A DNA stretch of 64,000 bases, taken from assembly GCA_963813105.1 (NCBI GenBank), contig CAWEXT010000003.1, positions 31,790 through 95,789 of the forward strand, in the 5' to 3' direction. Position 1 is the first letter of the stretch; every line of letters starts with the position of its first letter. This DNA is from an uncultured Simkaniaceae bacterium (GTDB taxonomy: Bacteria; Chlamydiota; Chlamydiia; Chlamydiales; Rhabdochlamydiaceae). Below are positions 20,008 through 29,145 of the stretch, piece after piece. Both the position numbers and the translations under genes were made by a program. The notes under the pieces were generated by a model. The model did not search any database and was not told the origin of the DNA. It worked only from the letters and a program-made list of their open reading frames with translations.

Positions 20008-21151
20008 AAAAACCGTCCATCTCTCCTAAACAAGGAAGACTGCGGAAGGGTTCTTTCAACTGTTTTAGTCCATATTCTTTCAGGAATCCCTCAATTTGGG
20101 CGTCGTTTTCTTGTGGAAGCACGCTGCAAGTCGCATAAACGAGGAAGCCGCCGGGTTTCACGAACTGTAAAGCTTCTTGAACAATTGCCTTCTGCAGTTC
20201 GACAAGCCTATCGAGTTCTTCGTACTGGAATTTCCACTTCCTGTCGGGATTTCTTCGCAATGTTCCTGTTCCTGTGCAAGGAACATCGACCAAGACCCAA
20301 TCCATGCGTCCCTTCAAAATGTTCTTTTTCGAGGGATCGACGATCTGCGCATTTTGGATACCGGCTCTCGCCAGCCTTTTTTTTGCCTCGACCAGAGCTT
20401 TTTGACGAACATCGTGAAGATAGATCTGCCCCTTGCCGCCGAGTTTATGAGCAAAGGCAAGCGTCTTGCCTCCAGAGCCTGCGCAATAATCGAGAACATG
20501 ATCGCCGCTCTTTGCTTCGACAAGATCCGCGATGAGTTGGCTTCCCTCATCTTGCACTTCGAAGAGTCCCTGCGTAAATTCCTCCATCGCGAAAAAGTTC
20601 TCTCTTTTCCCGAACTGGATTCCATAAGGGCTTATCTTTGTTGGCATAACCTCATAGAGCTTTTCCCAACGCTTCATCAAAGCTTCTCGAGAAGTCTTCA
20701 ACGTATTCACACGAAGTGTCGTCGGCGCTGGATAATTGCTCGCCAGGCAAAAATCCCACGCCTCTTTTTCCCCCAGGCTTTCAACAAGAAGTTCATAAAA
20801 TGCCTTTGGAAAACTCAAGCGGACATGGGCAGGGAGTGAAAGGTCCTGGAGATACCGTTCGGGTTGCAAGGAAATGAAGGCTTCGATGCGCCCCTGCCAA
20901 GAGATCGGTTTTTTGAGCAAATGATCGAGAAGTCCCTGCCATCTTGTGATCCCATAGACGATTTCGCTTAAGATCTTCCGATCTTTGGAACCGATCGCCT
21001 TGTTGGTGCGGAAATAATGAGCAAGGTAGCCATCCAAGGGGCAGTCCATAGAGGCGAACTCATTCAATAGAATGCTGAGGTGGTTCTTACGAAAGGGATT
21101 GATTTCGAGCATAGTGGCTAGGAGTATACTGGAACCTCCGCCAGCCAGCAA
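19979..21151 (-). CDS. rsmB: rRNA cytosine-C5 methyltransferase (RsmB/Sun family)
   Basis: SAM motif LDYCAGSGGKT, catalytic DVPCTGTGTLRRNPD and VYATCS. Confidence 0.8.
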   Translation of the reverse strand: MLAGGGSSILLATMLEINPFRKNHLSILLNEFASMDCPLDGYLAHYFRTNKAIGSKDRKILSEIVYGITRWQGLLDHLLKKPISWQGRIEAFISLQPERYLQDLSLPAHVRLSFPKAFYELLVESLGEKEAWDFCLASNYPAPTTLRVNTLKTSREALMKRWEKLYEVMPTKISPYGIQFGKRENFFAMEEFTQGLFEVQDEGSQLIADLVEAKSGDHVLDYCAGSGGKTLAFAHKLGGKGQIYLHDVRQKALVEAKKRLARAGIQNAQIVDPSKKNILKGRMDWVLVDVPCTGTGTLRRNPDRKWKFQYEELDRLVELQKAIVQEALQFVKPGGFLVYATCSVLPQENDAQIEGFLKEYGLKQLKEPFRSLPCLGEMDGFFGVILQKAL

Positions 21152-21168
21152 TCGATTGTAACAAGTAG

Positions 21169-21771
21169 CTAGAACTTATTTTGAAGAGCGCGCAGACGAT
21201 TCTTTTTCTCTCGATACACGGTTTTCAGCACAGCCGCGTATTGAGGCCACTTCGTGATCGTCGTAAAATATTTAGAGTCAAGATCCTCGAGGTTTGTTGC
21301 TTCTTGAATAGGGGAAACATCGAGCATGTTGAGCACGGAAGATGCTTGGAATGATTGAATTTTTTTATTTATCTTCCACATTTTGTAATTCAAAATAGTA
21401 TTCCAACAAGTAATAAGCGAATGAATTACAAAGATCGGTGTGAACTGATTCGTAGGATGGAGTATTTCGCGAAGGATGATGAAGAGGCTAATGGGGGTCA
21501 GTAAGAGAAAAATCCCTAATAAACGGGTTCCAGGCTTTTGGTATGCAAAACGATAGAAAATATTTGTGAAACCTAAAAACAGACAGAACCCTGAGATAAG
21601 AATCCAAATGGAGATTTCCACTTCCGGATTTCGTCGTGGAACAAGGCCGACATATTCAAAGCAATTGTAAAGATGCCCGAAGAAGAAAGTCGTTAGTAAA
21701 CTGAAGAACCAAAGCTTTCTGGTTCGTAGTTCTTTTTCACTCAAGATATGGGAGAGTCCAATATTGCTCAT
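21169..21771 (-). CDS. Hypothetical integral membrane protein (about 4 TM segments plus a basic C-terminal tail)
   Basis: Uninterrupted 200-aa ORF with clear hydrophobic segments. No motif recognised. Confidence 0.45.
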   Translation of the reverse strand: MSNIGLSHILSEKELRTRKLWFFSLLTTFFFGHLYNCFEYVGLVPRRNPEVEISIWILISGFCLFLGFTNIFYRFAYQKPGTRLLGIFLLLTPISLFIILREILHPTNQFTPIFVIHSLITCWNTILNYKMWKINKKIQSFQASSVLNMLDVSPIQEATNLEDLDSKYFTTITKWPQYAAVLKTVYREKKNRLRALQNKF

Positions 21772-21991
21772 GCCTAGCGATAAGATCCATTAAAGAAATC
21801 AAGCTTGCGCAAGGCGATTTTTTTTGTCGACGGTTTTTAGGGAAATCGTGTGGGGAATTTTGCGATATGTATTTAACGAATAAATCAATTTCACTACTAT
21901 TCGAGAATGACTTTATTTTGAAAATCCTTATTATTAGTAGAAAAATAAAGAACGTTCTGTCATTTCGAAACTAGACATTCTGTGAGGGAAT

Positions 21992-22471
21992 ATGAAGGCG
22001 TTGCAGATGATCATAGCTTGCCTGGGTAGATTATGCTTGGGCGCGATCTTTATTATGACTGGCCTCAATGTGGTTCTCAATTGGAACGGCTCGCTGCAGA
22101 TGTTCCAGAACGCGCTTTGTAACTGGTCGTATCAGGCAGCTGCACTTCCCATTGCGGAGCCTCTTGTAAATACACTGCTTCTTTGGCTTCCGACGATCTT
22201 GATCATTGCGGTCGTTTTCCTTCTCTTGGGCGGATTGCTCGTATTCTTTGGTGTGAAGCCTCGTTTTGGCGCATTTCTGTTGATCCTCTTCGTGCTCGCG
22301 CAGACGCTTGTATATCATTCATTTTGGATGGCTGCGCCCGAAGATAAATCGATGCAAATGGCCTTGTTTATGAAAAACCTCGCGATCTTGGGCGGGTTGC
22401 TCATTCTTTTGGCCTTTGGCAATGGGGGCAGTGGAAAGAAGAGCGCATCTCAGGGTTCTAAAGGTTCATGA
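21992..22471 (+). CDS. DoxX-family small membrane protein
   Basis: 159 aa, 4 TM segments, N-terminus LGRLCLGAIFIMTGLNVVLNW typical of DoxX. Stop overlaps the lnt start. Confidence 0.55.
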   Translation: MKALQMIIACLGRLCLGAIFIMTGLNVVLNWNGSLQMFQNALCNWSYQAAALPIAEPLVNTLLLWLPTILIIAVVFLLLGGLLVFFGVKPRFGAFLLILFVLAQTLVYHSFWMAAPEDKSMQMALFMKNLAILGGLLILLAFGNGGSGKKSASQGSKGS

Positions 22472-24108
22472 AATCTACCAAGGTAAGCGGCTTATTCTTG
22501 TATGTCGTGAGCCTTCTCTTGGTAGGATTCGGACAGCCCTCTTGGGTTTCTTGGCTAGCTCCTATTGCAGCGGTTGGAGGATACGGCCTTCTTTGGATGT
22601 CCTTAAAGGACATGCCATCGAATAAGACCCGGTTTTGGGCAGCCCTTCTGTGGTTCACCTTCGTTCAGACGATCCAACTCTCTTGGATGACATCGATAGA
22701 ATACCAAGGGATCTACATTCTTTTCGTCTACATCGGCTTGTCCTTGGCCTTGGGATTTGAGTTCGCCATTTTTACCCATTTACTTCTAAAGAATACGCTG
22801 CTGACCATGCCGCGTATTCTGGCATTTTCAGGATTCTGGACCCTGATTGAATGGAGCCGGTATCACATCCTTTGCGGCTTTAGTTGGAATCCGGCGGGAA
22901 TGGCGCTCGCGAGTTTTCCCGTCAGCATGCAACTCGCTTCGATAGGAGGAGTGCTGGCTTTGAGTTTTTGGGTCATTGCGACCAATCTTTTGGCTTTTCG
23001 CAGCAAGATGGAGAATTTCGCAAAAAAGCCGGTCATGCTTTGGTGCGGCGCTGCTGTTATCCCTTACATTCTCGGTTCAGGGATTTTATTTCATCATCAG
23101 ACACAGATGGAAAAACATGGCACACTTCGAGCGCTGCTCGTCCAGCCTGGGCTTCTTCCCTCACAGAAAATCCCCCTCGATGGACACATTGCTGATTTCA
23201 TGTCTCCATGGGATCAGTGGACCTCGATTTTCCGCGCTTTGAAAGAACATCATGGGAATCCAATCGATCTGATCGTGCTACCAGAGTCTGCCGTTCCTTT
23301 CTGCGTGAAACAAACGGTCTATGATTATTCGACAGCGCGTAGCTTGATCACGCGTGAATTCGGCAAGGATGCGCTTAAAGCCTTTCCCGATCTAGTAAAG
23401 CCCTATACAGATGCAGGCAAGGTCTCCAATGCTTTCTTCAGTCAGTTCCTAGCGAATTATTTTCGCACGAATTTCATCATCGGGGTGGATGATCAGGAAG
23501 GAAAGCAGTTTTTCAGCTCCGCGCTCCAATTCACGCCTTGGCAAGATAAACACGATCATTATGCGAAAAGGGTTCTCGTGCCACTGGCGGAGTATTTGCC
23601 TTTTCAATGGTGTTTGGAATTTACGAAGGCGTATGGAATCGAGTCCTTTTATACGCATGGGACTGAGGCGAAAGTGTTTTCTGGCCCGCTTCCACTCTCA
23701 GTTTCGATTTGCTACGAAGAGACATTCCCGGATCTCATCCGCGAAGGCAGGCTGAAAGGCGCCTTGGTCTTTGTAAACATCACCAACGATAATTGGTACC
23801 CGAATTCTAACCTTGCTGAGCAGCATTTCGACCATGGAAAACTTCGGGCAGTAGAAAATGGGGTGCCGGTTCTAAGGGCCTGCAATTCGGGAGTCACGGC
23901 AGCTGTCGATGCTTTGGGACGCACAATGGGTCGTTTAGATGCAAAGAGCGGAACCCTTCTTGCCGAAGTACCCAATTATCAAGTCACGACGATCTATACC
24001 TATATTGGCGATGCGCTGATCGTGGGCTTAAGTCTAGGTTTTATCCTCTTCTATCTAGTATTTAAAAGAGCAATTACTAGGAAAATAAAATTCTTTAAAA
24101 AGCGATAA
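22468..24108 (+). CDS. lnt: Apolipoprotein N-acyltransferase
   Basis: 546 aa: a polytopic N-terminal half plus a CN-hydrolase domain (LIVLPESAVP, SVSICYEETFPDL, NITNDNWY). Confidence 0.85.
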   Translation: MKSTKVSGLFLYVVSLLLVGFGQPSWVSWLAPIAAVGGYGLLWMSLKDMPSNKTRFWAALLWFTFVQTIQLSWMTSIEYQGIYILFVYIGLSLALGFEFAIFTHLLLKNTLLTMPRILAFSGFWTLIEWSRYHILCGFSWNPAGMALASFPVSMQLASIGGVLALSFWVIATNLLAFRSKMENFAKKPVMLWCGAAVIPYILGSGILFHHQTQMEKHGTLRALLVQPGLLPSQKIPLDGHIADFMSPWDQWTSIFRALKEHHGNPIDLIVLPESAVPFCVKQTVYDYSTARSLITREFGKDALKAFPDLVKPYTDAGKVSNAFFSQFLANYFRTNFIIGVDDQEGKQFFSSALQFTPWQDKHDHYAKRVLVPLAEYLPFQWCLEFTKAYGIESFYTHGTEAKVFSGPLPLSVSICYEETFPDLIREGRLKGALVFVNITNDNWYPNSNLAEQHFDHGKLRAVENGVPVLRACNSGVTAAVDALGRTMGRLDAKSGTLLAEVPNYQVTTIYTYIGDALIVGLSLGFILFYLVFKRAITRKIKFFKKR

Positions 24109-24302
24109 ACAAATCGCTTAAGTTTAATAGTATTTTATTTCGTTTGTTTTTATCTTAAGACCTTTTTTGATGCTGTCTTGCTGAAAAAGAGGCATTTTCG
24201 CTAATCTCTCGACGATTACTTTGTCCTAGATTCTAGAAAAAAAGAAAAGGGTTGCGATTGTCCGCGGAAATCATAACGCTCGATAAAGCCTCTTTAAGGC
24301 CG

Positions 24303-25157
24303 ATGCCCTTCAGGCAGCGGACCTTGCGTCGATCTATTTCGTATTCGGGAGACGGGCTTTTTACCGGCAAACCCATTGAACTCGTTATCCATCCTGCCCC
24401 GGCTGGCCATGGTATCGTCTTCGAAAGGCTCGATTGCCCTGGTTCTTCTCCTATAAGGGCAAGGCTCGAATCGGTGAAGTCAACCCCTCGATGTACGATT
24501 CTTGGAAATGACCAAGCCCAGGTGCAAACCGTCGAACACCTCTTATCCGCCCTTCGAGCTTCGTACATAGACAACGCCCTGATCACGATTACCGGTCCAG
24601 AAGTGCCCATTGCCGACGGAAGCGCGCTTCCGTTTGTCGAAATGATCAAAAATGGGGGCATTGAAGAGCTTCGAGAGTTTAGAAAGCCCAAAATGTTAAC
24701 GGCGCCCGTCTTCTTTTCTCAAGATGACATCCACCTTATCGCCTTGCCTGCCCAAGAATTTCGCATTAGCTACACGCTGCACTATCCCCATTCACCGCTG
24801 ATCGGAACGCAATTCTATTCTTTTGCCCTCGATGAAGAAAGCTATGAAAAAGAAATCGCGCCTTCACGTACTTTTTGTCTCTATGAAGATATCGCGCCGA
24901 TGGTCGAAAAGGGGCTTCTTAAAGGAGGCGGATTGGAGAGCGGCGTCGTCGTCGCAGAAGACCGCATCTTGAATCCCGAAGGGCTCCGTTTCCCCGATGA
25001 AATGGCGCGCCATAAAATCCTCGATTTGATCGGTGATCTTTCTCTTCTAGAATTTCCGATTCTTGCGCACATTCTCGCGATTCGTTCCGGGCACGCAACT
25101 AATATAGCATTTGCTAAAGTGCTCTTTAACCAGCTTAATAGGGAGTCCTATCGATGA
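24303..25157 (+). CDS. lpxC: UDP-3-O-acyl-N-acetylglucosamine deacetylase
   Basis: RQRTL near the N-terminus, TVEHLLSAL, HKILDLIGDL. An upstream TTG at 24252 is an alternative start. The ATG at 24303 is preferred because LpxC usually starts a few residues before QRTL. Confidence 0.88.
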   Translation: MPFRQRTLRRSISYSGDGLFTGKPIELVIHPAPAGHGIVFERLDCPGSSPIRARLESVKSTPRCTILGNDQAQVQTVEHLLSALRASYIDNALITITGPEVPIADGSALPFVEMIKNGGIEELREFRKPKMLTAPVFFSQDDIHLIALPAQEFRISYTLHYPHSPLIGTQFYSFALDEESYEKEIAPSRTFCLYEDIAPMVEKGLLKGGGLESGVVVAEDRILNPEGLRFPDEMARHKILDLIGDLSLLEFPILAHILAIRSGHATNIAFAKVLFNQLNRESYR

Positions 25158-25621
25158 GTGTCCATACCACGAAACGCCCCTTCGTCTTTGGCATTAAGGA
25201 GATTTCGCGCATTTTACCGCATCGTTATCCCTTTTTGCTCGTCGACAAAATCCTCTTTTTGAATCTCGAAGAGAACCTCATCATCGGCCTTAAAAGCGTC
25301 ACTATGAACGAGCCGTTCTTTCAAGGGCATTTTCCTGGAACTCCGATCATGCCCGGCGTCCTCGTGCTCGAAGCTATGGCGCAAACAGCCGGTATTTTGA
25401 TCCATCAGAAAGGCTTTACCGATAAGATCGCGGTTTTAATGAGCGTCAACAATGCGAAATTCCGGCGTCCTGTTGTGCCGGGAGATGCGCTCCATTTGCA
25501 TGCGTCCGGTGTTCATGTTTCATCGAAAGGCGGAAGGGTACAAGCAAAAGCTACTGTTAACGACCAGCTTGTGGCGGAAGCAGAGATAGGTTTTGCCTTA
25601 GTCGATATGGACCAACTCTAA
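25154..25621 (+). CDS. fabZ: 3-hydroxyacyl-ACP dehydratase
   Basis: LPHRYPFLLVDKI, FFQGHFPG.PIMPGVL..EAMAQ. Confidence 0.92.
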   Translation: MSVHTTKRPFVFGIKEISRILPHRYPFLLVDKILFLNLEENLIIGLKSVTMNEPFFQGHFPGTPIMPGVLVLEAMAQTAGILIHQKGFTDKIAVLMSVNNAKFRRPVVPGDALHLHASGVHVSSKGGRVQAKATVNDQLVAEAEIGFALVDMDQL

Positions 25622-25628
25622 GAAATGG

Positions 25629-26492
25629 GTGCTCATGTCAAACATTCATCCTAGCGCGATCATCGAAGACGGTGCGCAGATCGGAAAAAATGTCACGATC
25701 GAAGCGTACGCCATTGTCAAAAAGAATGTGACTTTGGAAGAAGGGGTCGTCATTAAGTCTCATGCCTATATCGATGGTTATACGACCATCGGCGCAGGCA
25801 CGATCATTTGGCCCTCTGCCAGCGTTGGAACCAAGACGCAGGATCTAAAATTCCGTGGTGAGAAGACCTTCGTCGTCATCGGTAGGAATTGCGAGATTCG
25901 CGAATTCGCTACAATCAATTCATCCTGCCAAGAAAATTCGGTTGTCCGCATCGGCGATAACTGCCTCATCATGGCGTATTGCCACGTCGCGCATAACTGC
26001 GAAATCGGCAACCGCGTCATCATGTCTAATGCCGCGATGCTTGCAGGCCATGTCATCGTCGAAGATTGCGCCATCATCGGCGGCATGACGCCGATCCATC
26101 AATTTTGCCGCATCGGCGCTTATGCGATGGTGGGAGGGTTCAGTCGTATTTCCCATGACGTACCGCCTTATACGATCGGCGCAGGATCACCTTACAAAAT
26201 CGGCGGCCTCAACCTCGTAGGCCTAAAACGGCATGGTTTTCCTCTTGCCGTGCGAAGACAACTTGCGCGAGCCTTCAAATTGACCTATCGCTCCGGCCAT
26301 AAGCTCAACGAAGCCCTCGATATTATCGAAAAAGAAGGCGTGCAAAACGTGCATGTCGCCCACTGGCTCAATTTCTGTAAAACGACTAAGCGTGGACTCA
26401 TCGGCTTCCAGAATCCTCTCTTCGATGGCCCTGAAGAAGATGCCGAGGAAGATATGGAAGAAATCGAAAAACTGTTGGAAGAGCGGCTTTGA
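25629..26492 (+). CDS. lpxA: Acyl-ACP--UDP-N-acetylglucosamine O-acyltransferase
   Basis: Left-handed beta-helix hexapeptide repeats from the N-terminus (IHPSAIIEDGAQIGKNVTIEAYAIV...) plus a helical C-terminal domain. Sits in an lpxC-fabZ-lpxA arrangement. ATG at 25635 is an alternative to the GTG at 25629. Confidence 0.88.
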   Translation: MLMSNIHPSAIIEDGAQIGKNVTIEAYAIVKKNVTLEEGVVIKSHAYIDGYTTIGAGTIIWPSASVGTKTQDLKFRGEKTFVVIGRNCEIREFATINSSCQENSVVRIGDNCLIMAYCHVAHNCEIGNRVIMSNAAMLAGHVIVEDCAIIGGMTPIHQFCRIGAYAMVGGFSRISHDVPPYTIGAGSPYKIGGLNLVGLKRHGFPLAVRRQLARAFKLTYRSGHKLNEALDIIEKEGVQNVHVAHWLNFCKTTKRGLIGFQNPLFDGPEEDAEEDMEEIEKLLEERL

Positions 26493-27433
26493 AAGTTGTC
26501 TTTTTTGGCACCTCGTATTTTTCAGCTGGCGTGCTCGAATTTTTGCATACGCAACCTGAATGCAAAATCCTCGGTATCGTCACACGGCCCGATAAGCCCA
26601 AGGGACGATCTCTCGAAGTTCTGCCATCTCCCGTGAAAGAAAAAGCGCTCTCTTTGCAATTCTCATGCCCGATTTTCCAACCCGCTAAAGCTTCGACAGA
26701 GGAATTTGCAGAAGTCCTCAAGAATCTTCATCCCGATCTTTTTCTCGTCGTCTCCTATGGCGAAATCATCAAGCAAAACCTGCTCGATATCCCTAAATAT
26801 GGCTGCATCAATATCCATCCTAGTCTTCTTCCCAAATATCGCGGAGCTACCCCTATTCATCGCGCCATTATGCATGGCGATAAAGAGACAGGTATCACGA
26901 TCATCGAAATGGTCCTGGCTATGGACGCGGGCCCCATGCTCAAGAAAAAAGTCGTGGCGATCGGAGAAAATGCGATATTTGCCGAAGTGGAACGCGACCT
27001 CATCCACGCGGCCTGCCAAGCTGTCATGGAGACGCTTCATGATATTCAAAAGGGCAGGGTCGTTAAAGAAGAGCAAGATTCTAACCATGCGACATACACG
27101 ACAAAGCTAACGGCGGAAGAAGAGAAGATCGATTGGCAAAAGTCAGCGCATGGCATCCACAATCAAATTCGCGCATTTTCCCCAACTCCCGGAGCGTGGT
27201 GCACAGTGCTGATAGGAGGCGCAGAAAAACGATTAAAAATTAAAAAATCTCTTGCGCGAGAAGATCTTTCAGGCCAGCCGGGCCAGATAGTGGAGAGGTC
27301 AAAAAACTCTTTACTTGTCGCCTGTGGGCGAGGGACTTTGCAGATTCTCGAGGTGCAACTCGAAGGTAAAAAAACCATGTCTATTGAAGAATATCTCCGA
27401 GGTCTTCAACCCGGTTTTCAAATAAAGTCTTAG
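26489..27433 (+). CDS. fmt: Methionyl-tRNA formyltransferase
   Basis: MKVVFFGT, INIHPSLLPKYRGATPI, and a C-terminal formyltransferase domain. Confidence 0.9.
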   Translation: MKVVFFGTSYFSAGVLEFLHTQPECKILGIVTRPDKPKGRSLEVLPSPVKEKALSLQFSCPIFQPAKASTEEFAEVLKNLHPDLFLVVSYGEIIKQNLLDIPKYGCINIHPSLLPKYRGATPIHRAIMHGDKETGITIIEMVLAMDAGPMLKKKVVAIGENAIFAEVERDLIHAACQAVMETLHDIQKGRVVKEEQDSNHATYTTKLTAEEEKIDWQKSAHGIHNQIRAFSPTPGAWCTVLIGGAEKRLKIKKSLAREDLSGQPGQIVERSKNSLLVACGRGTLQILEVQLEGKKTMSIEEYLRGLQPGFQIKS

Positions 27434-27473
27434 GATTGCTGTTATCTCGCTAAATGGTGATAATCCTAACAGA

Positions 27474-28334
27474 TTGTTGACACTTTCTTCACAAACGAGG
27501 TATTTCATGGGTTCCGTATCCGCAGTATGTCCTAGTGTCGTGCGCTGTAAAGCAGAAGCTCCGGGCAAGTCCTCCAATAAGCCTGAGAAACAGACTGATC
27601 GATGCTATAGCGAAATCTTCCGCGACTATCTCAAAGACTGGAGTGGTGTGAAGAACGTCGTATTCAAATCTTCCACGCAGCTGCTTGAAGGGATTAGCAT
27701 GTACAATCCTAGCATGACGGGTGCTGCAGCTTTGGGAGCAGCGACCAAACAAGCTAAGAACCTCGGTGAAGCCAGCATGCTTCCTAAGGCGACGAAAGAG
27801 TTATTTGAGAAAACCACCGTCTTTACGGCAAATCCTTCTGTTCATGGCCTAGGCGGAATCATCAATAAACTTGCTGGTTGGTACGTGCCGTTTTGGGATG
27901 CGTTCAATGCCGTCACAAAAATCGCTATGCCTCTTACTGAGAGAGTCGCGAAGATTATGGGCGCTATGGGTTCATCCGCTACCCTTACTGCGATGAGTTT
28001 TGGCATCAATGAAGAAATGACGAAAATTGCCAAGGCAACCGCCCTGATCGCTAAAGATAAAGCTAGCAGAGTGGGATACGAAGCGCAGATCACCAATAGC
28101 CATATCACCATCGCTAGAAACCTCAACTATGCGGCATTGGGAGCTTTCGGTCTCGCTGCTACGATCCTAGGGATGACGGCACCACCGCTTCTGATGTGGA
28201 CATTCGCAACAGGCGGAGTCTCCACGACGATCGGCGCGCACGTCCATAAAGAAAAATTTGTTCCAAAGGCAATATCGGATGCGGTTGACCCTGATAAGGC
28301 TTCCAAGTCTAAAAAGGCCGCTGCAGCAGCTTAG
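27474..28334 (+). CDS. Hypothetical protein with a bilobed hydrophobic segment (Inc-like candidate); ATG at 27507 is a likely alternative start
   Basis: About 40 aa with two hydrophobic lobes (NYAALGAFGLAATILGMTAPPLLMWTFATGGVSTTIGA) near the C-terminus, and a Lys/Ala tail. Lies between fmt and rplC. Followed by a strong terminator. Confidence 0.5.
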   Translation: MLTLSSQTRYFMGSVSAVCPSVVRCKAEAPGKSSNKPEKQTDRCYSEIFRDYLKDWSGVKNVVFKSSTQLLEGISMYNPSMTGAAALGAATKQAKNLGEASMLPKATKELFEKTTVFTANPSVHGLGGIINKLAGWYVPFWDAFNAVTKIAMPLTERVAKIMGAMGSSATLTAMSFGINEEMTKIAKATALIAKDKASRVGYEAQITNSHITIARNLNYAALGAFGLAATILGMTAPPLLMWTFATGGVSTTIGAHVHKEKFVPKAISDAVDPDKASKSKKAAAAA

Positions 28335-28365
28335 TATCCTTGTAAAACAAATTTTGTTTTCAATT

Positions 28366-28391
28366 AAACCCGCTTTTTAGCGGGTTTTTTT
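28366..28391 (+). terminator. Rho-independent terminator
   Basis: AAACCCGC-TTTTTA-GCGGGTTT followed by a T-run, 30 nt after the stop at 28334. Confidence 0.8.
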
Positions 28392-28431
28392 ATTAATACT
28401 CTATTTCTCGTGTTTTTGATATAATTAAAGC

Positions 28432-29145
28432 ATGAAAATAGATGGATATAGTTCTGTTAGTAATCCTGTTTTTGATATTAACGGCAAAGCAGATACGCTT
28501 GTCGATAATCTCGGCGCATTCGAATACATCTGTTCATGGATATTAAAAAGCGATCCTAGGGGCGCATGGGTAGACGCTCTCAAAGGCGCTTATAAGCAAA
28601 CTAAAATTTTTCGTCATATCGGGATGGCGGTCGATTTAACAAGCAGCGTTCAAAAACTTGCTACTACGCTTGAGTCCCCCGGTAAATATTCTCATCGAAT
28701 CATTGAAGCAGGATCGCTGGTCTTTGCTAATGGCTTGAATGTCGTACTTTGGCTCAGCTCCAAGGGGCTTTTCGCTCTGACTTTTTTCGGCAAGGATTTG
28801 ACGTCTCTTGGCTCTAAAACCCTATCCGCGATCTTTTTGCCCAATGATTTGTTGAAACTCGGAAGAGCTGCTTTGTCCTTGAAAGCAAGCCCCAGCGATG
28901 CTGTGAAATGGCTTAAGGTCGCAAGAGCTACCGGTCAAGTCGGGATTTCCCTTTTCTATACGGCTGCTGCTTTCAATCCCAATGTAGTCATCGGCAAGAG
29001 CGCTCTCTTTCTAGGCTTGCAGACAACCAACTCGATCATGGGGCTCGCGAAGAGATATCTTCTGACAAGTCCGAAAGGGGCTCAGGACGACAGCTTAGGC
29101 TTGCCGAAATACTCTGAAAACGCCATTTCGTTTGCAGGCGGCTAA
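28432..29145 (+). CDS. Hypothetical protein with paired hydrophobic segments (second Inc-like candidate)
   Basis: 237-aa ORF. Hydrophobic pairs AGSLVFANGLNVVLWLSSKGLFALTFFG and VGISLFYTAAAF..SALFLGLQ. No enzymatic motif. Confidence 0.45.
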   Translation: MKIDGYSSVSNPVFDINGKADTLVDNLGAFEYICSWILKSDPRGAWVDALKGAYKQTKIFRHIGMAVDLTSSVQKLATTLESPGKYSHRIIEAGSLVFANGLNVVLWLSSKGLFALTFFGKDLTSLGSKTLSAIFLPNDLLKLGRAALSLKASPSDAVKWLKVARATGQVGISLFYTAAAFNPNVVIGKSALFLGLQTTNSIMGLAKRYLLTSPKGAQDDSLGLPKYSENAISFAGG

